Both the position numbers and the translations under genes were made by a program. Shown one piece after another: positions 39,312-50,500 of a stretch of 64,000 nucleotides of DNA. Origin of the DNA: Vulcanimicrobiales bacterium (GTDB lineage: Bacteria > Vulcanimicrobiota > Vulcanimicrobiia > Vulcanimicrobiales > Vulcanimicrobiaceae); contig JBBRLI010000011.1 of assembly GCA_038231455.1 (NCBI GenBank), forward strand, positions 1-64,000, given 5' to 3'. Every line of letters begins with the position of its first letter. Position 1 is the stretch's first letter. Under the pieces are notes generated by a model, which made no database searches, was not told the DNA's origin, and worked only from the letters and a program-made list of their open reading frames with translations.

Positions 39312-40385
39312 CTATTCGGCTCCGACCGTGATCGCCGAAGCGGTGAGATCGGCTTGACCGTTCGCACCGGTAATCGACGGGGACTGCGAGAGATTGCCCG
39401 GAGGCGCTGCCTCGAAAGCCCCATAATCGAAGCCAATGGCAACGACGTTGATGGTATCGCCTGCAGCGAGCGTCGGGGTGGCGCCGCTGGTTAGCGTCGT
39501 CGGACCGAGTTTATCGGGGAGCTGGACGGTCTTTGCCGTGCCGCCGGGCACGAAGATCGAGTAGTAGAGTCCCGCGGTTGTGTCACGCACGTAGACGATC
39601 GTCTCCGTGACGCCTGGCGGGGGCGCAATCGCGATCGTCCCGCCGCCAAGCCCATCCGATGTGAACACCGGCGCGGGATAGGTTCCAAGCGGAGCGGTCG
39701 ACGTAAGCGCCGCGGCTGCCGTGAGAGTCGAGACCTGTTTCGGATCGGAAGAGGGAACCAACACGCTAAGCGTGTAGGTGCCCGGCGCGAGCGTCACGCC
39801 GGCGAACGACGCGAAGCCCGACGGATATCCGACGAATCCGCCAACGGTGTTACCGTCGGTGAACGTCGGGGTCGCCGGCGGCCCGAGGATCGGACGCATT
39901 TGCGTGGCCGAATAGAACGGTTCGCGGTAGTAGCCGGCCGTCGTGACGCCGACAATTTGCGACCCGCCGGTCGTCGAGTTGAGCGGAGCAAACCCGTAAC
40001 CGAACACGCCACCGGATTGCCCGAAGGTCGTCGCAACAGCCACATTCCCCGGCAGAGTCTGGAGCGTTGCGGTGATCGATCCCGTACCGGCGTCGGTACC
40101 GGCAGACGCTACTGCCGGTACGACGAAGCCGGCTGGGCCGACGATCGAGGGTGTGTTGAGCTGCGTTGCGCTCAGGCCGTTTGCCTGGCGGAACGTCGTG
40201 ACGGTATTCAAGCCCACCGTCCCGGCGTAGTTCGCGGTACCGACCGCGAACTGGAGTTTCGTAGTGGCTGGGACGTTTACCGACGTGTACGTCGGTAAAA
40301 CCCCAGCCTGACCGCCCGTGCACGCTGTGAGCACCGAAATGCATCCCAGCGCGGCGAGACGGAGTGACGTTTTCTGCAAGATCAT
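39312..40385 (-). CDS. uncharacterised lipoprotein, paralog 1
   Basis: Lipobox LTA-C; LQFAVGTAN..GLNTV..RQ.NGL shared with 46401-47567. Confidence 0.8.
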   Translation of the reverse strand: MILQKTSLRLAALGCISVLTACTGGQAGVLPTYTSVNVPATTKLQFAVGTANYAGTVGLNTVTTFRQANGLSATQLNTPSIVGPAGFVVPAVASAGTDAGTGSITATLQTLPGNVAVATTFGQSGGVFGYGFAPLNSTTGGSQIVGVTTAGYYREPFYSATQMRPILGPPATPTFTDGNTVGGFVGYPSGFASFAGVTLAPGTYTLSVLVPSSDPKQVSTLTAAAALTSTAPLGTYPAPVFTSDGLGGGTIAIAPPPGVTETIVYVRDTTAGLYYSIFVPGGTAKTVQLPDKLGPTTLTSGATPTLAAGDTINVVAIGFDYGAFEAAPPGNLSQSPSITGANGQADLTASAITVGAE

Positions 40386-40388
40386 CTC

Positions 40389-43300
40389 CTAGAAACCGAG
40401 CTGGTAGTAGAAACGGAACGAACGAGGCGTCGCGTTGGGGGTTTCGTAGTACGGTCCCTGACCGCCCAGACGTGCGCTGTAGTTCGGTGCGATTCCGATT
40501 CCGGGGAACGCAAGGGCCGTCGTCGAGTAACCCGTCTTCGGTCCAGCGATGCCCGTTGCCACCGGCTGATATCGGCCGGAAAGCGTCGGCTGCGTGTAGA
40601 GTTGATTGAACAGGTTGGTGATCAATACGCCGAAGGTTTGCTTCTGCGATGCGGGCGGCGTGAACTCAAACGAGATATTCGCCTGAGCGATACGCGCACG
40701 GCTCAAGAAGCCACCGGCGCTTGCTGTATCCGGCGTTCCGCGCGTCGTTGCGATGTTCGGCTTGCCGAACGTGCCGGGATTTTGCGGATCGACGTAGCGA
40801 TCGGTGCCGGTCGCACCGGCCGGATTGGTGATGTTGGTGTTGGGCACGTTTACCGGGACGCCGTTAACGAACGTCGCCGTGATGAGCCCGGGGCCGGTCG
40901 GATAGCCATTGTTGTAGTACAGGATCGGGTTGATTTTGAAGCCCGAACGCGTCTTGTATGCAAGGGCCGTCGTGATATTGAGCGGCGAGAGGAAGCCCAC
41001 GCGATACTGGTTGCCGAGCAAGAGTGACGGCGCAGGAATCGAGGGGAAGAAATCTTCCGATCCGCTCAGCGGGATAACGTTGGAGAACTCGTTGAGGTAC
41101 GTCACCGAAAGCTGGCCCGAGAGGCCGAAATTGGCTTCTTTGGTCAGGTATGCTTCAACGCCGGTCACGCGCGAAATCCCGAGATTGGTTTGCGTGGGCG
41201 GGTTGTAGATCAGTGCGCCGGTGATCGGGTCGGTGAGCGCTTTGCCGTTGACGATACGCGGGGTCGCGGACTGCGCGAGCCCGTCATAACCGCGACGGTA
41301 GAACGGCGTGATCTTGACCGCGACATTCTTCGGAAACTGGTGCGAGTACGAAGCATCAAAGTTCGTGAACGTCGATGACTTGACGGGCTGAATCGGAATG
41401 CCGAGATATGCCGTGGCATTGTTCCAATACAGCTGGTCCGCGTAGCTCTTACACAGACGGTCGGCCGTTGTGCCGCACCACGTCGCTGCCGATCCGGTCG
41501 TATTATCGAACGACGGGATGTTGTTGAACGCACTGAAGTCGTTCTTTTGTGGGGTCACATCGACGAATGCGAGCGCCGGAATTTCGACCGAGCGGCCGTA
41601 ACCCAAGCGCAGCGAGTCGTTCTTCGTGAACTGGTACGAGAGACCAAATCGCGGCTCGAATATCCGCGGCGTGCGTGTTTCATTCGAGTAGTTGAAGCGA
41701 TCGGCTGCCGGGTTCGGCGTACCGATCAGCGCAGCGTTACCGCCGTTGTTCGTAGCATCGTACAGGCCCGTCGCCGTCGGCAGACAGGTGTTGATGTTAC
41801 AAGCGGGCAGACGCAGGTTGGATCCGTCAAGACGAAGCCCGACATTGATCTTGAGCTTGTCGCTTGCGGTAAACGCATCGTTCAGATAGAGCGCGAAATC
41901 GTTACGATTCGTTGCCGTGCCTTCATCAGCCGGCGGAATGGTCGGAACGCCGCCCGAGAAGAACGATGAGCCGCCCGTGTTGCCGGTCGAGAGATAGCCG
42001 CCGGGCAGGAAGTCTGCCGCGGAGAATCCGTATCCGAATCCGGCATTGATCAAGAATCCGTCGGTTCCGGACGGCGAGCTGTAGACCGGATGCAAGTATT
42101 CGTACTTGCCGCCGACCGTCAACAGGTTCTTCGAGTTGAGCTGGCGCGTGATGTCGACTGCGAAGCCGGTACGTGCGCCGCCCTGGAGAGCCGTGAATTC
42201 CGCGTTCGAAAAGAACGCGGTCGCGTCGTACGGCCAGTCGAAGGTTACGACTGAGCCGACTTTATAGAATTTGGCCGTAAGGAACGTCGATGCATCCAGA
42301 TTGTTCGAATACTGGATTTTGAACGTATCGTTCGGCTGATGATAGTTGATCGGCGCGCGATTGAGTTTTTGCGTCGCCGACTGCTGATACGGATTGAGGG
42401 TAAGCACCGACTGGATTTGCGCTGTCGTGAAGCCCGAGACGGCCTTCGCGTTGGCGAGCCAGAACGGATCGTTCGACTTGAAATACAGGTTGCTGTATCC
42501 GCCGTAGCCTACGGCGAATTCATTGGCCTGATTCTGGTAGAAGAACTGGAGCTGCTGGCCATTGTCTTTACCGAACTTGTAAATCGCGTTGTTGACAAAG
42601 TCTTCCGACGTGTAGTTCGAGGTCGAATAGAAACGGTTGATCAGCGTTGCATCGGGTTGACCCGAACCGTAGCGGTTGCCCTGACGTGTTCCGATGAAGG
42701 AGGTGTAGTTCGAGAACCGGCCATTCGGCGTTGCGAAGCCGTACTCGCCGCGCAAGTAGTGATTGTAAGCCGGTGCGCCTGCATCGAGTTCGAATGTGCC
42801 GAACGGCGGGCGCGTGCCTTTGTTAGCAATCAGGTTGATGACGCCCGTGCCCGAGTTACCACTCGACGCGTCGCCGGCGCCCGGCGTGAGCTGGAGCGAT
42901 TGGACGCCGTTAATGGAAAGCGTGTTAACGAATTGGCTCGTGAACGCATCGGTGTAGTCGATGCCTTCGAACTGGAAGCCCTCTTCGTTCTCGCGTCCGC
43001 CGCGAAGCACCGGATAGCCGCTCGAATCGAGCGACGCGCCGGGGAGCGCGGTGAGAAGATTCGATTCGCTCGTGCCGCCTTTTTTACCAAGGACGGTATC
43101 GATCTGCGCCGCGGTCACCGTGTAGGTGTCGACGGTCTGCGTCGGCTGATACGCGCCGCCTTGGCTACGCGCCGTCGTGCGCCCGATGGTCTTGAGTTCT
43201 TTTGAGAGGGTGACATTGACGGTGTTCACCGCGTCGGCGAATACGCTGATACCCTGTTGGGTCTGCGGTTCGTATCCGGCGCCGGCAAATGACACGGTAT

Positions 43301-43556
43301 ACGTGTCGGGCGAAACGCCGAGGAACGAATAGTACCCCTGAGCGTTGGTCTTCGTCTGATAACGTCCGGTCGGCGATTGCGCCGTGACCGTCACGTTTGC
43401 GAGCGGGGTTCCGGCGACCGTCACGGTGCCGGCGATCTGTCCTGTCGTACCGGATATACCGGCCGACATGCTTGTAGCCACGAAGGCAATGATGAGCGCC
43501 ATACTGATAATGCCGCGCACATATTGAATCGTGGTACGCAGTGTCTTAGAAAACAC
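40389..43556 (-). CDS. Oar-like TonB-dependent receptor, paralog 1
   Basis: Signal peptide, carboxypeptidase-regulatory-like domain (TGQIAGTVT..TNAQGYYSF), plug-like LPG..LRGG, barrel-like INVGLRLD / EPRFGLSY, C-terminal RFYYQLGF. Confidence 0.85.
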   Translation of the reverse strand: MFSKTLRTTIQYVRGIISMALIIAFVATSMSAGISGTTGQIAGTVTVAGTPLANVTVTAQSPTGRYQTKTNAQGYYSFLGVSPDTYTVSFAGAGYEPQTQQGISVFADAVNTVNVTLSKELKTIGRTTARSQGGAYQPTQTVDTYTVTAAQIDTVLGKKGGTSESNLLTALPGASLDSSGYPVLRGGRENEEGFQFEGIDYTDAFTSQFVNTLSINGVQSLQLTPGAGDASSGNSGTGVINLIANKGTRPPFGTFELDAGAPAYNHYLRGEYGFATPNGRFSNYTSFIGTRQGNRYGSGQPDATLINRFYSTSNYTSEDFVNNAIYKFGKDNGQQLQFFYQNQANEFAVGYGGYSNLYFKSNDPFWLANAKAVSGFTTAQIQSVLTLNPYQQSATQKLNRAPINYHQPNDTFKIQYSNNLDASTFLTAKFYKVGSVVTFDWPYDATAFFSNAEFTALQGGARTGFAVDITRQLNSKNLLTVGGKYEYLHPVYSSPSGTDGFLINAGFGYGFSAADFLPGGYLSTGNTGGSSFFSGGVPTIPPADEGTATNRNDFALYLNDAFTASDKLKINVGLRLDGSNLRLPACNINTCLPTATGLYDATNNGGNAALIGTPNPAADRFNYSNETRTPRIFEPRFGLSYQFTKNDSLRLGYGRSVEIPALAFVDVTPQKNDFSAFNNIPSFDNTTGSAATWCGTTADRLCKSYADQLYWNNATAYLGIPIQPVKSSTFTNFDASYSHQFPKNVAVKITPFYRRGYDGLAQSATPRIVNGKALTDPITGALIYNPPTQTNLGISRVTGVEAYLTKEANFGLSGQLSVTYLNEFSNVIPLSGSEDFFPSIPAPSLLLGNQYRVGFLSPLNITTALAYKTRSGFKINPILYYNNGYPTGPGLITATFVNGVPVNVPNTNITNPAGATGTDRYVDPQNPGTFGKPNIATTRGTPDTASAGGFLSRARIAQANISFEFTPPASQKQTFGVLITNLFNQLYTQPTLSGRYQPVATGIAGPKTGYSTTALAFPGIGIAPNYSARLGGQGPYYETPNATPRSFRFYYQLGF

Positions 43557-43762
43557 GTAAGTACCTCGTGGTCCGAGTGAATAGGGCTAACCCGATGATA
43601 CTATGCCTTAACTCGTTCTTAAATCCTTTGGCAAAGCGAGAAAAGGCGTAGGTCCCGGGAAGTGTTCCATTGGACGATTGTCGGTTCCCGGGCGTCTCGC
43701 TTTCCGCAAAACTTTCGTAGTCGGGGGATTGCGAGCGCGATCCCGGAACCCTCGAACACGCA

Positions 43763-44632
43763 ATGGCCACCTCGACCCTTGCGGCTCCGGCGTCGCGCAG
43801 CTTTGCGCTCGATGTCTGGCGCCGTTTCCGAAAAGCTCCCGGCGCCATCGTCGGGGCCGCAATCGTCGCCTTTATCGTTCTCGCCGCAATCGCCGCGCCG
43901 CTGATCGCGGGCGCCGATCCGCTGGCCCAGAACCTCGCCAACCAGTCAGCCGCCCCAAACGCCGCGCATTGGATGGGTACGGACAAGCTCGGCCGGGACG
44001 TATTCTCCCGCATCCTCTTTGGAGCACGGACGTCGATTCGGATCGGCTTCGTCGCCGTCGGACTCGCGATCACGGTCGGGACGTTCATCGGCCTGCTCGC
44101 GGGGTATATCGGCGGTCGGCTCGATGCGGTGCTGATGAGCGCGATGGACGTCATGCTCGCGTTTCCCTCGATCATCTTGGCGATCGCCATCACGACGCTC
44201 CTCGGACCCAGCATCACCAATTTGATGCTCGCCGTTGGGATCGTCTACGTGCCGCAGTACGCGCGCCTCGCTCGCTCGTCGGTCCTTGCCGTCCGTGAGA
44301 CCGAGTATGTCGAAGCCGCCCGCGCGATCGGCGCGATGACACCGACGATTTTGATCCGGCACGTCCTGCCCAACATCTTGGCGCCGCTCCTGGTCCAGGC
44401 AACCCTGGGCGTGGCGACGGCCGAACTCGAGGCGGCGGGGCTTTCGTATCTGGGCCTCGGTGCGCGGCCGCCGGCGCCCGAGTGGGGCGCGATGCTCAAC
44501 GATGCACGCGATTACTGGCTCTCGGCGCCCTGGGCATTGATCTTCCCGGGCCTTGCCATCACCACACTGGTGCTCGGATTCAACCTGCTCGGCGACGGCC
44601 TCCGCGACGCACTCGATCCGAAAACAAAGTAG
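43763..44632 (+). CDS. ABC peptide/nickel transporter permease (DppC/OppC-like)
   Basis: HWMGTDKLGRDVFSR, EAA motif EYVEAARAIGA, RHVLPN, GDGLRDALDP. Confidence 0.92.
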   Translation: MATSTLAAPASRSFALDVWRRFRKAPGAIVGAAIVAFIVLAAIAAPLIAGADPLAQNLANQSAAPNAAHWMGTDKLGRDVFSRILFGARTSIRIGFVAVGLAITVGTFIGLLAGYIGGRLDAVLMSAMDVMLAFPSIILAIAITTLLGPSITNLMLAVGIVYVPQYARLARSSVLAVRETEYVEAARAIGAMTPTILIRHVLPNILAPLLVQATLGVATAELEAAGLSYLGLGARPPAPEWGAMLNDARDYWLSAPWALIFPGLAITTLVLGFNLLGDGLRDALDPKTK

Positions 44633-44635
44633 CGT

Positions 44636-45481
44636 ATGGCGATCGCCCTCGCCCTGATCGCTGCGCTGCTCTACGGAGCGGCTGACTTTATTGGAGGCCT
44701 GGCGAGTCGAAAAACGGCGACGGTCATCGTCGTGATCGTCTCGCAGTTGGCCGGCTTTTTCGTTCTGCTCGCGATCGTGCCGTTCTTAGGCGGGCGGCCA
44801 CTCGTGGTGGATCTCTGGTGGGGCGTTCTTGCCGGCGCGCTCGGCGCCGTTGGCATCGTGCTTTTGTACCGCGCCCTTGCGATCGGTCGCATGGGAATCG
44901 TCTCGCCGGTCACGGCCGTTATCGCAGCGACGATTCCCGTGCTTTTTGGAATCACGATTGGCGAGCGACCGAGTACGTTTGCCTGGATTGGTATCGGCCT
45001 TGCCATCGTGGCCGTCATCCTCATCTCGGCTCACGATCCCGCCGAAGAACGCGACCGCCGCGCATCGCTCGGCATGCCGATTGGCGTGCCGACCGCTATT
45101 CTCTCGGGAATCACACTCGGCTTCTTCTTCATCGTGCTTGCAAAAGTGCAGCCGATCAGCGGGCTCTATCCGCTCCTGAGTGCGCGCATCGCGTCGGTCG
45201 TGGCGCTGACGGTCGTAGCGCTCGCACAAGGCATTCCATTACGCACGACGCGCGCCGCGTTACCGGCGATCGTGTTTTCCGGCGCGCTCGATATGGGCGC
45301 AAATGCTCTTTACGTGATCGCGGCGCACAATGGCTTGATCGCAATCGCCGCGGTGCTCACATCACTCTACCCCGCGAGCACCGTCGCGCTAGCAGCGATG
45401 GTGCTCCACGAACGTCTCGCGCGCACGCAATGGATCGGCGTGGCGCTCGCGCTCGTCGGCGTCGTACTCGTCGCCCGCTGA
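44636..45481 (+). CDS. EamA/DMT family transporter
   Basis: About 10 TM in two repeats; YGAADF.GG, VSPV, SLYPA.TV, ERL.R.QW.G. Confidence 0.88.
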   Translation: MAIALALIAALLYGAADFIGGLASRKTATVIVVIVSQLAGFFVLLAIVPFLGGRPLVVDLWWGVLAGALGAVGIVLLYRALAIGRMGIVSPVTAVIAATIPVLFGITIGERPSTFAWIGIGLAIVAVILISAHDPAEERDRRASLGMPIGVPTAILSGITLGFFFIVLAKVQPISGLYPLLSARIASVVALTVVALAQGIPLRTTRAALPAIVFSGALDMGANALYVIAAHNGLIAIAAVLTSLYPASTVALAAMVLHERLARTQWIGVALALVGVVLVAR

Positions 45482-45494
45482 ACGAGAGCTGCTC

Positions 45495-46244
45495 TTACTG
45501 ACCGATGAATTCGTAGATTTGGGTGAAATCATCGATGCTGGCAAGACAGCGAAAACGTGTTGGTCGATAGCGGCTTTGCCGTGCTGCCAAGAGTGCTGCA
45601 TTCCCCAAATCCATCCCAACGACGGTATCGTGGCTTAGCTGCGCATCGATTGCGCGGCCATCGGGGCCGACCGTTACGATGACGGTCGTGCGTACACTTC
45701 GCTGGCCATAATTCGCGGCGATTCTTGAAACATCCGGCGGGATATGTTCGATTTCCGATACCGAGCTATCCGGCTCACGACACGTTGCGGTACCCGCCGC
45801 TCGCGCGTCAATGACGTTCGACAAACCAATCTTTGCAACGAAATCAGCGGCGCCGGTGGATGATTGACGGGTCGACGTCCATGGACGAAAGGGGGCGCAT
45901 TTGGTCCCGCCGACCGAAGCGACATACGCGCCGTCGATCGACTCCGGCACGCGGGCGACGATCGGACTCGCGCCGGCAAGCGATCCATCCAAACGCACGG
46001 GGCGGACGGTATCGACGTCCACATCATAGGACGTCAGCCCGTGCATGAGGCGAACGGTTGCGCCAGATATTGGATCGTCGGAACCATCGCGAGCAAGCGC
46101 AACCGCAACGGTTGCACCGGTAGAGGACGGAAAGACGGCTACAACGGCCGTACCGCAACTCGAAAGCGATTGCGCCTCGACGGGAGCCGCGAGGTTCGAC
46201 AGAACGATCGCAAGACAACAGAACGCTGCGGCAGACACCCTCAT
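45495..46244 (-). CDS. secreted protein with C-terminal TonB-C-like domain
   Basis: Signal peptide; VIVTVGPDGRAIDAQL..LGNAALLAARQSRYRP..C; downstream of receptor module 2. Confidence 0.7.
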   Translation of the reverse strand: MRVSAAAFCCLAIVLSNLAAPVEAQSLSSCGTAVVAVFPSSTGATVAVALARDGSDDPISGATVRLMHGLTSYDVDVDTVRPVRLDGSLAGASPIVARVPESIDGAYVASVGGTKCAPFRPWTSTRQSSTGAADFVAKIGLSNVIDARAAGTATCREPDSSVSEIEHIPPDVSRIAANYGQRSVRTTVIVTVGPDGRAIDAQLSHDTVVGMDLGNAALLAARQSRYRPTRFRCLASIDDFTQIYEFIGQ

Positions 46245-46400
46245 GTGCTTGCGGTTCGTTTGCGAAATCGGATCGCCTCCGGCAGAAAAAGAAACAACGT
46301 GCGCCCATCTTCCGATGGACTCACGCTGTTTTGTGACTCCGGTTCTCGACGACGTGGAGTCGATAGGTGGCGGAGATACGCCGCCGAGAGCGACTCGTTT

Positions 46401-47567
46401 CTAGGGCAGGGCCGCCGTCGTCACGACGGCCGAGGTCGAGATATCGGCTTGACCGCTAGCTCCGGTGATAGCCGGTTTTTGTTGGACATTCTGGGGCGGG
46501 CCCGCGCCAAATGCCGGATAGTCGAAACCGACAACATACACTTGCGCCTTGTCACCGGCGCACGTCGAGCGCACCGCTGCGTTGGTCAAGTATTTCGGTC
46601 CGAGGTTCGCCGGAATCGCCGGAAAGGCCGTGACGCCTGCGGTGTTGATCGCGGTAACGCGCGTGGTGTAATACACCGCGCCGTTGCCCGTACCGCCGCC
46701 TTGATACGGAGCGGGGTAACATGCTCCGGTTCCGGCAGCAGCCGCACTCGCAACACCACCGATACGGACGATGGCCATCGCCTCGGTGATACGCGGGTCG
46801 GTGATCGTGGCAGAAACGGTACCGCCGCCAGCGCCGTCTGGCGTGAACGTGACACCGGTAATAGCGCCCAAAGGCGTAACGTTGGTGAGCGTCCCCGTTG
46901 CGCTAGCGGTCGTCGTTGTTGGATTCCCACTGGCATCAAATCCCGTCGGAACGAGCAGCGAGAGCGCGTAGGCGCCGGCAACGGGTGCCACGTTGAAATC
47001 CGTGAAGCCCATTGGATACCCGGTGAAGCCCGAGGGGAACGTGCCGTCGCGCACGTTGGGGTACGCGGGTGCGCCCCCAATGTACGGAACGGCCGTAACG
47101 CCTGCGGGCGCATAGAACGGCAGCGAGTAACGCGTAAACGAAGGCGAATTACTCGAAGCCGTTGAGTTGGCGGGTTGGAATCCATACGCGAATGCGCCGC
47201 CGGCCGTGCCGAGGGTCGATGCGGTGGCGGCCGTTCCAAGTGTTACCTGAGGCGAACCCGAGATCGTTGCCGTCCCCGAGTTAACGCCCGCAGCCGCAGC
47301 GGACCCGGTATTGGTGAACCCAGCCGGCCCGGTGATGGTCGGCGTGCTCAGGAGCGTGCCGTCCAGACCGTTGGGCTGGCGCCAGGTCACGACGGTATTC
47401 AGGCCCGTCGCGACGCCGGCGATGTTTGCGGTTCCAACCGCGAATTGGAGGCTGTTGGTGCTCGTCGAGACGTCCACGGCGCGCTGGTTCGGCGGAATGC
47501 CGACCTGGCCCGCGGTGCATCCCGCTAGAGCAACTGCGGCAAACGCCGCGATCATGTGTCTTTGCAA
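46401..47567 (-). CDS. uncharacterised lipoprotein, paralog 2
   Basis: Lipobox LAG-C; shares N- and C-terminal blocks with 39312-40385. Confidence 0.8.
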   Translation of the reverse strand: MQRHMIAAFAAVALAGCTAGQVGIPPNQRAVDVSTSTNSLQFAVGTANIAGVATGLNTVVTWRQPNGLDGTLLSTPTITGPAGFTNTGSAAAAGVNSGTATISGSPQVTLGTAATASTLGTAGGAFAYGFQPANSTASSNSPSFTRYSLPFYAPAGVTAVPYIGGAPAYPNVRDGTFPSGFTGYPMGFTDFNVAPVAGAYALSLLVPTGFDASGNPTTTTASATGTLTNVTPLGAITGVTFTPDGAGGGTVSATITDPRITEAMAIVRIGGVASAAAAGTGACYPAPYQGGGTGNGAVYYTTRVTAINTAGVTAFPAIPANLGPKYLTNAAVRSTCAGDKAQVYVVGFDYPAFGAGPPQNVQQKPAITGASGQADISTSAVVTTAALP

Positions 47568-47576
47568 GATGTCGTC

Positions 47577-50500
47577 CTAGAGAGCCAGCTGGTAGTAGAA
47601 ACGGACTGCGGTCGGAGCACCGCTCGGAGCGAGAATGTAGGCATTCCGACCATAGCGCTCCTGACCGTAGTTATAGAATCCGTAGACGGTTCCGAGCGTC
47701 TGCGTCGAGGCCGTTTGGCCCGTCTGCGGTCCGCCAACGCCCGTTGCAACGGGCTGCCAACGCGAATTCAGGCCCGGCTCCGAGTAAACCAGATTGAAGA
47801 TGTTGGAAATGTACGCTCCAAACGTGTTTTTGGAACCCGGTGCCGACAGCTCGAACGAGAGATCGAGGTTGCCGCGGGCGCGTGAGAGGACGCCGCCTGC
47901 AAGCGATGTTTCCGACGTACCGCGTGTCGCCGCAATGTTCGGGCTGAGGATCGAACCCGGATTGGTCGGCGATACGTATTGCGTAACCAACAGACTCGTA
48001 CCGGAGTTCGCGACAGCACCGCCGCCGACCGTAGCGGCATTGGTATTTCCGACGACGCGGGCAGTACCGTTGACCGTCGCGGCTACGAGTGTACCAGCGC
48101 CAATCGGGAAGCCCTTATCGAACGAGAAGATCGGGTTGATACGGAGACCCGCGCGGTTTTTATAGCTCAGGCCAACGCGGCCGGTTAGCGGCGAGAGATA
48201 GCCCGCTTTGTAGAGTTGTCCGAGCTGAAGCGAGACGGGAGGAATCGAGGGGTAGAAATCCTCGGTTTGACCGCCGTAGCCAGGAGGGACGTTCTGCAGA
48301 CGGTTCACGTAGGTTGCGCTAACGAAGCCCGACACACCGTATGGGACGTCTTTTGTGAGATAGAACTCGACGCCGGTCGATTTGTCGATCCCGCTATTCG
48401 AGAGTCGCGCCGAACCAAAGAGCGGCAGACCCGTGTTGACGTCCGCCCCAATGACGGGTGTTGTAAACACGTTGACATCGTAACCGCGCTTGAAGAATGG
48501 CGTGACCTTGAGGCCGACGCCGCCCTTGAACTGATGCGAATACGAGAAGTCATAGTTATTGTAGGTAGCCGGTTTCACGTTGAAGCTTTCCAAGCCGAAC
48601 GCTTGCACGTATTCGTCGTGGAGTTGCTGCGCGTAATTTGAGCACGCCGACGTGAAGAGGGGCGCGCCGCAGGTCTGCGCGGTTGTCCCGGTGCGTGAAT
48701 CACGCGAAGGAACCCCGGCAAACTGTTGGTAGGTCGAGATGGGATTGTTAATAAGAATTCCGGGCACGAACTGGACCGATCGTCCGTATGACGCGCGAAT
48801 GGCATCCGCATTGGAGATCTGATACGCCCCGGCAAAGCGCGGTTCGATGACGCGCGGATGACGTGCATCATCGGTGATGTACGAGTAGCCGTTTACGAAC
48901 TGCTGGTTGTCGCCATCGAGACGAATACCATAGTCCAGGCGCAGCTTCGAGCTTACGTTGAACTGGTCGCGGATACCGATTCCCCAAATCTGCGAATGTC
49001 CGCCGTTGTAGGCGCGAAGATTCGGAATGATCAGTTGGCCGCCCGGGTTTCCGAGCGCAGCCAGGTTGGCGGCGTTGTAGAGATATCCGCAGCCGTTGCC
49101 GCTGGCATTGCCGACTTTGCTAAGCGCATTGCCGCTCAGATCCGAGGTCGGGCAGGGTTGGCCCGGTTGGATGAAGTCCGCGAGTTCGTAGCCGGGCGTT
49201 CCGGCGAGGCCGGATGCCGCGCGGAATCCGAGCGTGTTGCTGGTGTAGTCATACTGCGTGTCTTGCGACTCGTAGAGATAACTGAAATCGATTTGGTGCT
49301 TGCCTGAAGTGCGAATAAGATCGCCGCTCAGACCCGACCGGCCGCCGCCTTGATAGGCGATGCGCGAACCGGTACCGGTACCCGCGTATGTCGTATCAAA
49401 TCGAGCGGTACCGACGACGTGGTAGAGGCGGTTTGCCCAATAGGTCTTGTCATCGATGAGTTGATCGAGTTCGAGTTTTGCAACATCAACCGGTTGGTAC
49501 TGATGTGGCTGATAGGCGAGGTTCGAGAGAACGTTTGGTTGCCCAGGCAACAGATCGATGAGCGACTGGACTTCGCCTGTGCGAGCCGCAGCGGCCACAC
49601 CGGGAAGCGCGGGCGTGAGATTCGGTAAGGCTGTTGGGTCGTTCGTCTTGTAAAAGTAGTTCTGCCAACCATTGCGGCCGACGTTGAAATCCGAGAGACG
49701 ATCCTGCAGCAAGAGCTGAAGCGAACGCGAGTTGTCGTGACCGAAACGGTAGACCGTATTATTCACGATGTCGCGCGTCTTGACGAACTCCGTTGCGAAG
49801 ACCGAGCCGCTGATGTACGCCGGCGTGCCGATCGTACCGTAAATGCGGTCCTGATTTTGCGCAAGGAACGACGTGTAGTTCGAGAGTCGTCCGCTCGGCG
49901 TTGCGAAGCCGTACTCGAGACCCAGTTGGTGGGTAAACGGATAACCAACGGCTTCGAGGTCGATCTGACCGAACGGCGGGCGCGCGCCGCGCTTGACGAC
50001 GATGTTGATGGCACCGGCTCCAGCGTTGCCTTGCGTGGCATCGCCGGCGCCCGGGTTTACCTGCAGCGATTGAAGTCCGTTGATACCAAGCGAGTTTTGA
50101 AACTGCGAGGTAGCGGGATCCGTGTAGTTGATTCCATCAAATTGATACGCGAGTTCCGTACGAGTCGATCCGCGAATCGACGATGATCCATAGACCGTCT
50201 GTTGGATGCCCGGAACCGAGCTTTGAAGCTGCGTTTGCGAAATGTTGAACGATTTTCCAAGCGCCGTCTGGAGTTGCGCTCCGGAAACCTGATAGGTGTC
50301 CGTCGGCTGCTTGGGCTGGAACGCTTGCGACTGCGATCGCGATGAAACGCGGCCGATCGTCTGAAGCGATTTCGACAGATTGACATCCTGGTTGACGATT
50401 CCGTCGCCCTGAACGGTCACACCGTTGAGCGTAATCGGCTCGTAGGCGCCGATTGTGAAATTGACCTGATACGTGTCAACGGGTAAGCCGACGAAGCGGT

